From: Methylorubrum extorquens
Lineage (GTDB): Bacteria; Pseudomonadota; Alphaproteobacteria; Rhizobiales; Beijerinckiaceae
Assembly (NCBI GenBank): GCA_900234795.1
Contig: LT962688.1
Span: 360,001-392,000, forward strand
Reading direction: 5' to 3'
DNA: 32,000 nt
Each line of letters starts with the position of its first letter. Position 1 is the stretch's first letter. The notes under the pieces are model-generated. The model searched no databases and was not told the origin of the DNA. It saw nothing but the letters and a program-made list of their open reading frames with translations. Positions 1 through 7,161 of this stretch are shown piece after piece. The translations under genes were made by a program, and so were the position numbers.

Positions 1-496
1 CGGCGCGACCGAGGTCGAGGTCAAGGAGAAGAAGGATCCCGTGGACGACGCGCTCAACGCCACCCGCGCTGCGGTGGAAGAGGGTATCGTCCCCGGCGGC
101 GGCGTCGCGCTGCTCCTGGCCAAGAAGGCGGTCGCCGAGCTGAAGTCCGACATCCCGGACGTCCAGGCCGGCATCAAGATCGTCCTCAAGGCGCTCGAAG
201 CCCCGATCCGTCAGATCGCCAGCAACGCGGGTGTCGAGGGCTCCATCGTCGTCGGCAAGATCACCGACAACGGCGGCGAGACCTTCGGCTTCAACGCCCA
301 GACCGAAGAGTATGTCGACATGATCCAGGCCGGCATCGTCGACCCGGCCAAGGTCGTGCGCACCGCCCTTCAGGACGCGGCCTCGGTCGCCGGCCTGCTG
401 GTGACCACGGAAGCCATGGTCGCCGACGCGCCGAAGAAGGACAGCGGCGCTCCGGCGATGCCGGGCGGCGGCGGCATGGGCGGCATGGACTTCTAA
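1..496 (+). CDS. groEL: Chaperonin GroEL, C-terminal part (5' end off-window)
   Basis: The frame is open from nt 2. Translation reads [34 protein letters not shown]...[31 protein letters not shown]... and ends in the GroEL-typical Gly/Met tail [11 protein letters not shown], with the stop at 494-496. Confidence 0.95.
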   Translation, partial: GATEVEVKEKKDPVDDALNATRAAVEEGIVPGGGVALLLAKKAVAELKSDIPDVQAGIKIVLKALEAPIRQIASNAGVEGSIVVGKITDNGGETFGFNAQTEEYVDMIQAGIVDPAKVVRTALQDAASVAGLLVTTEAMVADAPKKDSGAPAMPGGGGMGGMDF

Positions 497-524
497 GTCC
501 ACGCACCCAGTCGAAGAACGGAAG

Positions 525-552
525 AGGGGTCGCCGAAAGGCGGCCCCTTTTT
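525..552 (+). terminator. Rho-independent terminator of groEL
   Basis: Stem aggggtcgcc (525-534), loop gaaa, stem ggcggcccct (539-548): 10 bp with one G.U pair, followed by tttt (549-552). It starts 29 nt after the groEL stop. Confidence 0.8.
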
Positions 553-755
553 CGTCGATGGCACCGCGGTTCGCCGACGATGAGGGGACGTGCGCGGACG
601 CTTCCCCGTGAAAAGCGCGCGGGGTTTATCCTATGCAGTGGCCGGAGGCGCCGAGCCTCGGGCAGCGTCGGCGCGTTGTCGGCCTGACGTTTGCGAGTAC
701 CGTGACGGACCGTATACCCGCCCCATCGCCCTCTGACCTCCATGCCCGCGAGACG

Positions 756-977
756 ATGCTGAGTCTGATGCAGGCGCTGACCGAGGGAATACGGATCGAT
801 AGCCTGATGGCCGATCAGCTTTCTCAGATCTCCGAGCGCGCCCGGCTCTGCGGCGAGGCCGAGATGGCCGACGGGCTGCTCGACGTCACGCGGCAGCACC
901 GGGTCGCGGTCCTGGAAGGGCAGGGCCGACTCGCCGCCGTCGAAGCGCGGTACGCGGTGCTGTATCCGGAGATATAG
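756..977 (+). CDS. Small hypothetical protein (73 aa from ATG 756; the ORF is open from 633)
   Basis: The ORF MLSLMQALTEGIRIDSLMADQLSQISERARLCGEAEMADGLLDVTRQHRVAVLEGQGRLAAVEARYAVLYPEI has mostly G/C third positions. The Shine-Dalgarno is weak and I recognise no family. It converges on the ParA-partner gene. Confidence 0.3.
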   Translation: MLSLMQALTEGIRIDSLMADQLSQISERARLCGEAEMADGLLDVTRQHRVAVLEGQGRLAAVEARYAVLYPEI

Positions 978-1001
978 GCAGCCGTTTTGAGCGGAAGGGC
1001 T

Positions 1002-1526
1002 TCAGCCCTTCTTCTTCTTGCCCTTCCGATCCTTCTCCTTGTCCTTCTTCTCCCGGCTGTCCTTCGTGGGCGGCGCGTCGTGGTCCTTGCCGTCCCACAC
1101 CGCGGAGAAGGGACGGCTGGCAAGGGCGCGCTCCGGAGGCGTCTCGCCTGCACGCAGCTTCGCCGGATTGTCTTCGGCGCGGGTCTCGCCCTTGCGGAAC
1201 GGCGCGTCGCCGGCCGCCAGAGCGCTGAAGCGGTGGCGGTGCCACCCCGGCGTCGCGGTCTTCAGCGAGGGGTGGTGCGGGTCGAGGCGAGTCACCACTC
1301 CCTTCACCTCGGCCTCGGACATCCCGTCGGCGATCAGGGCGAAGGTCTCGCTGCCCAGCACCTCGCGGATCAGACGCAGCGATGCCACGCGCAAGGCCCG
1401 GGCCTTGAGCTGCTTCACGACGAGGGCACGGGCGGCTTTGGGAATCTCGGTGCGGATGTCGGGAAACGCTTCCGGCGCGGAGGCCATCGCCTGCAACACG
1501 GCATAGCCATCGACATCAAGGGCCAT
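1002..1526 (-). CDS. Hypothetical 174-aa partner of the ParA-like ATPase, with a poly-lysine C-terminal tail
   Basis: The ATG (1526-1524) lies 11 nt inside the upstream ATPase gene, and an AAGGAA Shine-Dalgarno sits in the ATPase 3' end. The N-terminal half looks helical. The C-terminal half is Pro/Gly/charged and ends KDSREKKDKEKDRKGKKKKG. I recognise no family. Confidence 0.6.
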   Translation of the reverse strand: MALDVDGYAVLQAMASAPEAFPDIRTEIPKAARALVVKQLKARALRVASLRLIREVLGSETFALIADGMSEAEVKGVVTRLDPHHPSLKTATPGWHRHRFSALAAGDAPFRKGETRAEDNPAKLRAGETPPERALASRPFSAVWDGKDHDAPPTKDSREKKDKEKDRKGKKKKG

Positions 1527-2421
1527 GGAGGATTTCCTTCACTTCCGCGACCAGCGGGATCAGCACGTTGGGGACATGGGCGCCGTACTTGGCGGAGAAG
1601 GTCGGGGGCGCCCCGTCGGCCGGGACCAGCGCGTCGGCGAGCGCCGCCGCCTGAGGAATGCGGGTTTCGAGCAAATGGAAGCCGGCATCCTCGGCCCGCG
1701 CCTCCGCCTGGAGCCGGGCCAGGGTTCGCTGATGCTGGCGCACCTGGGCCTGGAAGCGGGTGACGAGGACGTAGGGTGCGCTCTTCGGGGCGATATGGCT
1801 CGCCTGCCGGCTGGAGCGCCGCCAGATCGTCTCGACAAAGGCATTGAGCCCGTAGGTCGAGAGAAAGTCGGGGATCGAGGTGACGAGAACGAGGTCGGCG
1901 GCGCGCACCGCCACCTCGGTGATCGGCGAGATACCCGGCGCGCAGTCAAAGAAGACGTAGTCGTAATGCCGCGCCAGCGGCACGAAGTCGTCGTGAAAGA
2001 CTTTCCACAGCTTCTCGTCGATGGCGTGCATCGAGAATTTTCGCTCGGTCAGCTCGTAGATGATCTCCCGCTCCACCAGCCGCAGATGCGGGCCGGACGG
2101 CAGCAGCGAGAGCGCGAGCGGCGCGTTCTTGTGGGTGGTCAGGCTCACGCCGGGCTGGATGCGGGCGGAGAGATCGGGCTTGTGGCGGGTGATGAGCTTG
2201 AGGGCGAGATAGGCCTCCAGCGTGCGCCCGCGGACGATCATCTCGCCGAGCAACGTATCCCCCGCGAGGCAGACCGACACGCTCGCCTGCGGGTCGAGAT
2301 CGACCACGAGCACCCGCGCCCCGTCGGCGGCCAGCGCCTCGGCGAGCATGACCACGGTGGTGGTCTTGCCGACCCCGCCCTTCATGTTCGCCACCGCGAT
2401 CAGCTTGCCGCCCACTGACAT
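1516..2421 (-). CDS. ParA/MinD/Soj-superfamily P-loop ATPase (orphan, 301 aa)
   Basis: The N-terminus is MSVGGKLIAVANMKGGVGKTTTVVMLAEALAADGARVLVVDLDPQAS, which is a deviant Walker A with the signature Lys plus the DLDPQ switch. DYVFFDCAPG is Walker B-like. ATG at 2421-2419, stop TGA at 1518-1516. Confidence 0.85.
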   Translation of the reverse strand: MSVGGKLIAVANMKGGVGKTTTVVMLAEALAADGARVLVVDLDPQASVSVCLAGDTLLGEMIVRGRTLEAYLALKLITRHKPDLSARIQPGVSLTTHKNAPLALSLLPSGPHLRLVEREIIYELTERKFSMHAIDEKLWKVFHDDFVPLARHYDYVFFDCAPGISPITEVAVRAADLVLVTSIPDFLSTYGLNAFVETIWRRSSRQASHIAPKSAPYVLVTRFQAQVRQHQRTLARLQAEARAEDAGFHLLETRIPQAAALADALVPADGAPPTFSAKYGAHVPNVLIPLVAEVKEILHGP

Positions 2422-2717
2422 CCCCCTGAACGGCCCTCTCGCCGGGCCACGCTCCGCAGACCGGCCGAGTCGCCGAGCGGTACCCTAGTGCATCACCTCT
2501 CGCAGAAGGCCGACGACACCTTTCGGTAGAATGCTTAATGTCATCCCATCGCCCGCCGCGCCGAGCAGCGTGCAGGGCCCGTCGGCGAGTGCCGCGCCGG
2601 GAATACGCCTTCGTGATCGCCCGTATGGGCGGAACACGGCGCTGATAATCCTATCTTGCGAAGCGCCAACGACATCCGCCCCATGGCGGGTCGTCCTCCG
2701 ATCCGAGGTTTTTGCCT

Positions 2718-3117
2718 GTGATTTTTCCGACCACCACGGCCTTCTACGCCGCGATTCTGGGCCTGATCTATGCCGGACTGACCGGATGGGTGATCGGCGG
2801 CCGGGTGACCGGCAACGTCCTGTTCGGCGATGGCGGGCAGGACGCGCTCCAGCGGCGCATCCGCTCGCACGGCAACTTCCAGGAATACGTGCCGCTGACC
2901 CTGCTGCTGATCGCGCTCTACGAGGCGGGCGGCGGCTCCCATGGCTGGGTTCAGGGCCTGCTGATCGTGCTGGTGATCGCGCGCATCCTGCATCCGATCG
3001 GGATGTTCGCCCCCCACGAACTCGCCGCGCCAGTTCGCCTGCCGGGGCGGCGGCATTCTTGCGACGTTCGCGGTCATGACGATCGCGTCGATCCTGCTGC
3101 TGCTGCGGGTCGGCTGA
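2718..3117 (+). pseudogene. MAPEG-family membrane protein, apparently frameshifted (or a sequencing error) at a C6 run
   Basis: GTG 2718 is preceded by GAGG at 2705-2708. Translation IFPTTTAFYAAILGLIYAGL...GDGGQDALQRRIRSHGNFQEYVPLTLLLIALYE...ARILHPIGMF is MAPEG/YecN-like. After the C6 run (3010-3015) the annotated frame becomes Arg/Pro-rich and stays open to 3575. The +1 frame instead gives a plausible last TM helix and stop: RQFACRGGGILATFAVMTIASILLLLRVG*, ending at 3115-3117. Confidence 0.6.
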
Positions 3118-3135
3118 CCGGCGGGTTCGCCCGTC

Positions 3136-4205
3136 CTACGGCGCGGCGGCGATCCGCGGCGCCGTGGCCTCGGCCAATGCGGCGGTTCCGTTGCGTTCGA
3201 GGGTCGCGACGGCGAGGGGCTGCCCGCGCCCGCGCAGGGCGTGGGTGCCGAGCGGTTTCACCACGACGCCCTCCGGCAGCCGCGGCAGCCGCTTCAGCAG
3301 ATCCTCGGAGATCAAGGTATCGACGCCGAGCGGGCGGCACAAAGCCTCGACGCGGGCGACGACATTCACGGCGTCGCCGAAATAGGCGATCTTGTGCCGA
3401 TCGACCCCGACTTCGGCCGTCACCACCGGGCCGCCATGCAGGCCTGCCCGCAGGCGCGGCACGGTACCGAAGCGGGCTTCCCAGCCCTCCGCCTCCGCCT
3501 CGATGCGCTCGCGCACCGCGAACAGGCACTCGACGCAGCGCGCATCCTTCAGGCCGCGCTCCATCGGCCAGGTGATCATGGCCAGATCGCCGATATATAG
3601 TCGTCGGTCGAGCCGTAGAACCGGCGCACCGGCTCGGCGAGCGTCGCGAAGACGGCGCTGAGATATTCCTGCGCCCGCAGGTCGCCGTGGGTCTCGGCGA
3701 AGGCGGTCGATCCGACCACGTCGAGGAACAGGAAGATGCGCTCCTCCTCCACTGGGCGATGATAGCGCCCGACGAGGAAGTTGATGAAGACCTCGCCGCC
3801 GATCAGGTCGCGCATGCGGATGACGAAGACGAGCAGGGCCGAGACGGCCAGCGCGTAGGCGAGCACCCGCGGCGTGGTGCGCACCGCCTCCTCCAGGCTG
3901 TCGCCGGTCAGGCCGAGCAGCCAGACGACGAAGCCGCCGAGCGCGTTGCCGACGACGATCATCGCCACGTAGGAGAGTTCCGCCGCGACGACGTAGAGCC
4001 CGGCGGGCAGGCGCCGAATGCGCGACTGGACGCCCGCCAGCAGCACGCCCCGGTCGAAGGCCAGCGCCGAGACACCGACACACAGGCCGTAGGTAAAGCC
4101 GGCCGCCGGGCTCGCACCACCCGCGAAAATGACGTTGTAGAGCAGCCCGGCGCCGCCCGCGGCGAGCAGGATGAGAAGCCAGAACCAGCGATGGTGCGGC
4201 AGCAT
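3136..4205 (-). pseudogene. Membrane-anchored class III adenylate/guanylate cyclase, split by a frameshift near 3593-3599
   Basis: Frame A from ATG 4205 gives MLPHHRWFWLLILLAAGG..., several hydrophobic helices, then RYHRPVEEERIFLFLDVVGSTAFAE...RRFYGSTDDYISAIWP*. Frame B continues YIGDLAMITWPMERGL...RLRAGLHGGPVVTAEVGVDRHKIAYFGDAVNVVARVEAL... to the stop at 3136-3138. Together the two frames make one cyclase catalytic domain. Confidence 0.7.
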
Positions 4206-4499
4206 CAGATCGGGCTCCGGCGGCCGGCGGAGAAGGATGCGCCCGGCCCGTTCGCGGAGGCCACAGGGCCATGCGGGCAACGGTCGGGCAGGCGGGTCGA
4301 CACGGAGGCTCCTTCCGTCGGCAATCAGGAGGTGCGGGCGAAGGCCGCGGTCCTCTCCCGACTGTCGGAGGGTCATGCCTGCAACGTGGCGCGAATGTGG
4401 CGCACGGCCGCATGCTCGGGTCAGGCCGCGCCCGATTTTTCGTCAGCCGCCGCCCGACGGGAGGGATTACCCGCTCCCATCGGGTGAATCAGGCAGCAG

Positions 4500-6692
4500 C
4501 TACTCGCCGACCCCGAACAGCTTCTCGAGGAAGTTGCGATCGTCCCGGCTCGGACCGCGCCCTCGCGGAACCGAGCGCGGGGGGAGGGCGGAGGCCGTCT
4601 GCTCCGGCTCGCCGAGCAGCGCGCCGATCAGGCCGCCGGGGCCGGAATCGCGCTCAGGCTGCGCCTCGGGCCGCGGCGCCCGCCAGCGGTTCATGCCCGG
4701 CAGGCCCACCGGCTTCTCGCCCTTGAGTGCCGTGGTCATGTAGGCCTTCCAGATCTCCACCGGCAGGCTGCCGCCCGAGGCGCGCTTGGTCGGCTCGCCG
4801 TCGTCGTTGCCGAGCCAGACCCCGGTTACCAGGGTGGCGGAGTAGCCGACGAACCACGCATCGCGGAACTCTTGGCTGGTGCCGGTCTTGCCGGCCAGCT
4901 CCCAGCCGGGGATCTCGGCCTTCTTTGCCGTGCCCATGGTGAAGACGTCGTGCATCATGGCGTTCATCATGCCGACGGCGTTGGGGTCGATGACGCGGCC
5001 GAGCCCGCCCTCGCCGCGCTTGTAGAGCACCTTGCCGGTGGTGCTCTTGATGCTGGCGATGACGTAGGGAATCACGCCGGTGCCGCCATTGGCGAAGGCG
5101 CAGTAGGCGCCCACGAGTTCGAGCGGCGTCACCTCCGAGGTGCCGAGCGCGATCGAGCCGTTGGCCTGGAGCGAGGACGAGATGCCGAGCCGCTGGGCGG
5201 TCTGCACCACCGCCTTCGGGCCGACCTCCTGGCCGAGTTTCACCGCCACCGTGTTGAGCGAGAGCGCAAGCGCCTCACGCAAGGAAACCGCGCCGCGATA
5301 ATTGTGCGAGTAGTTCTCCGGCGCCCAGTTGCCGATCCGCACGGGCGCGTCCTCACGCATCGTGTCGGGGGTCAGGCCGCGCTCGACCGCCGCGAGGTAG
5401 ACGAAGGGCTTGAAGGCGGAGCCCGGCTGGCGCTTGGCGGTGGTGGCGCGGTTGAACTGGCTCTGCGCGTAGTCGCGCCCGCCGACGAGGGCGCGGATCG
5501 CCCCGTCCGGCCGCATCGAGACGAGCGCGCCCTGAGCGACGTTGTAGCGGCCGCCCTTCGCGTTGAGTTCGTCGGTGAGCGCCTTCTCGCCGGCCGTCTG
5601 CATGCTCGCATCGACGGTGGTGGCGACGACGATGTCCTCGTCGAACTTCGGCAGGAAGTCGTCGAGGACATCCATCACGAGGTCGGCGACGTAGTTCGGC
5701 GAGCCGCCGCCGCGGGTCGAGGCGGGCCGGGCCGGCTGGGCCAGCGCGACCTTCGCGTCGGCGCTTTTGGCAAAGCCCAGCTCTTCCATCGCCGCGAGCA
5801 CCTGGGCCGCGCGAGCCTGCGCCGCCTTCAGGTTGCGGTTGGGGGCAAGCCGCGAGGGTGCCTGCACGAGGCCGCCGAGCATAGCGGCTTCCGCCAGGGT
5901 CACGTTCTTAGCGGGCTTGCCGAAATAGCGCTGTGCCGCGGCCTCGACGCCGTAGGCGCCGGCACCGAAATAGACCCGGTTGAGGTAGAGTTCGAGGATC
6001 TCGTCCTTCGAGTATTTGTGCTCCAGCCACAGCGCCAGGATCGCTTCCTGGATTTTTCGCGATGCCGACCGTTCCGGGGTGAGGAACAGGTTCTTGGCGA
6101 GCTGCTGGGTCAGCGTCGAGCCGCCCTGCGCCACCCCGCGCCGGGTCAGGTTCTGGGTGATCGCGCGGGCGATGCCCACGGGATCGATGCCGAAATGGTC
6201 GTAGAACCGCCGGTCCTCGATCGCGACGAAGGCGCGCGGCAGGTAGGGCGGCAATTCCTTGATCGAGACGACGCGGCCACCGGTCTCGCCCCGGTTGGCG
6301 AGCAGGCTGCCGTCGCTGGCGAGAATCGCGATGTTGGGCGGGCGCTTCGGAACCGCGAGCTGGTCGATCGGCGGCAATTGCGAGGCGTGATAGGCGATGA
6401 GGCCGGCCAGCCCGATCGCCACCCAGATGCCGAGGACGACGCCGGCATAGACCAGACGGCCGAGCCAGGAGCGCCGCCGCGGCGGGCGCCGGCCGCTGCC
6501 GCCGCCGGAGGCCTTGCGCGCACGCGCTTTCGGCGCCGAGGTCGGGCGGCCGGCCGAAGCCCGCTGCCCACCCGCCGACCGGTCGTTGCGCGACAGGCGC
6601 ACGTCGAGGCGGCCCGGCTCGCTCCCCTCCGGGATATCGAAGGTGGGTTCGCTGCGTGGTTTGCGTCCGCGAGACTGCGCCATGCGTTCCAT
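4500..6692 (-). CDS. Bifunctional penicillin-binding protein, PBP1A family (GT51 transglycosylase plus transpeptidase)
   Basis: Transglycosylase motifs are RAFVAIEDRRFYDHFGIDPVGIARA and GGSTLTQQLAKNLFL. Transpeptidase motifs are SAFK (SxxK), SLN (SxN) and KTGTS (KTG). There is one TM helix after an Arg-rich N-terminus. The start is uncertain: ATG at 6692 or 6683, and the ORF is open to 6833. Confidence 0.9.
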   Translation of the reverse strand: MERMAQSRGRKPRSEPTFDIPEGSEPGRLDVRLSRNDRSAGGQRASAGRPTSAPKARARKASGGGSGRRPPRRRSWLGRLVYAGVVLGIWVAIGLAGLIAYHASQLPPIDQLAVPKRPPNIAILASDGSLLANRGETGGRVVSIKELPPYLPRAFVAIEDRRFYDHFGIDPVGIARAITQNLTRRGVAQGGSTLTQQLAKNLFLTPERSASRKIQEAILALWLEHKYSKDEILELYLNRVYFGAGAYGVEAAAQRYFGKPAKNVTLAEAAMLGGLVQAPSRLAPNRNLKAAQARAAQVLAAMEELGFAKSADAKVALAQPARPASTRGGGSPNYVADLVMDVLDDFLPKFDEDIVVATTVDASMQTAGEKALTDELNAKGGRYNVAQGALVSMRPDGAIRALVGGRDYAQSQFNRATTAKRQPGSAFKPFVYLAAVERGLTPDTMREDAPVRIGNWAPENYSHNYRGAVSLREALALSLNTVAVKLGQEVGPKAVVQTAQRLGISSSLQANGSIALGTSEVTPLELVGAYCAFANGGTGVIPYVIASIKSTTGKVLYKRGEGGLGRVIDPNAVGMMNAMMHDVFTMGTAKKAEIPGWELAGKTGTSQEFRDAWFVGYSATLVTGVWLGNDDGEPTKRASGGSLPVEIWKAYMTTALKGEKPVGLPGMNRWRAPRPEAQPERDSGPGGLIGALLGEPEQTASALPPRSVPRGRGPSRDDRNFLEKLFGVGE

Positions 6693-6873
6693 GCGTCCGG
6701 GGCTGCCGATCCTCGAAGGAGTCTTGTCCTCGAAGGATCTTGCCTCCCGCGACCGTGCTCCCCTGCTCGGGATCCGCGCGTCGGTATTCCGCCGGATCGA
6801 TCCCCTCGGACGCGCCGGCTGGCCCTGCGGCACGGCGGGTCGCCCCCTTGCGTCAGAGACAGTAAATGCGGCG

Positions 6874-6893
6874 GGTTTAAGGGTTGTTAAACC
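6874..6893. promoter_or_regulatory. AT-rich palindrome GGTTTAA-N6-TTAAACC in the divergent PBP1A/PepSY intergenic region
   Basis: ggtttaa (6874-6880), gggttg, ttaaacc (6887-6893): perfect 7-bp inverted arms. The function is unknown; it looks like an operator. Confidence 0.35.
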
Positions 6894-6955
6894 AGCCGAA
6901 GCACGCCCGGCCGGCCTTTACCGGATCTTCACGCGTGATCGTGTCACCCACGATT

Positions 6956-7000
6956 CAAGGGGCGGCCAAAGGGTTGGCCAAGGGGCGCCCAAGGGGTGGC
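6956..7000. repeat. Four tandem direct repeats, consensus CAAGGGGYGGC, spaced about 11 bp
   Basis: The units are caaggggcggc (6956), caaagggttggc (6967), caaggggcgcc (6979) and caaggggtggc (6990). Spacings are 11, 12 and 11 nt. The array is intergenic, about 160 bp upstream of the PepSY gene start. Confidence 0.7.
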
Positions 7001-7161
7001 GCATCGAGGTGGCAACCGTTATCGACGGGTTCGCCCTCACCGCGCAGGCATGAGGGCCCGCACAAGGCACTGACCGGACCGGGGCTCGTTCGTCCGAGGG
7101 CCGGATCGCCTTTCCTTCTCCGACGTCGGCTGCACCGTCGCGGAAAGAGGCTCGAGGGTTG

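Noticed and set aside
3118-3575. Continuation of the 287-aa ORF (2712..3575) beyond the MAPEG domain
   Set aside because: The Arg/Pro/Ala-rich read-through runs antisense to the cyclase gene. It is best explained by the frameshift at the C6 run, not by a real C-terminal domain.
3600-4413. N-terminal ~270 residues of the 425-aa ORF (3136..4413) and the first 57 residues of the 266-aa ORF (up to 4376)
   Set aside because: These are out-of-frame or upstream extensions with Arg/Pro-rich sequence. The coherent TM region begins at ATG 4205 (MLPHHRWFWLL...).
4872-6890. 672-aa ORF on the plus strand, antisense to PBP1A
   Set aside because: Its Arg/Gly/Ala/His-rich translation has no recognisable motif. 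It lies entirely opposite a gene with unambiguous GT51 and transpeptidase motifs. This is a typical stop-poor shadow ORF of high-GC DNA.
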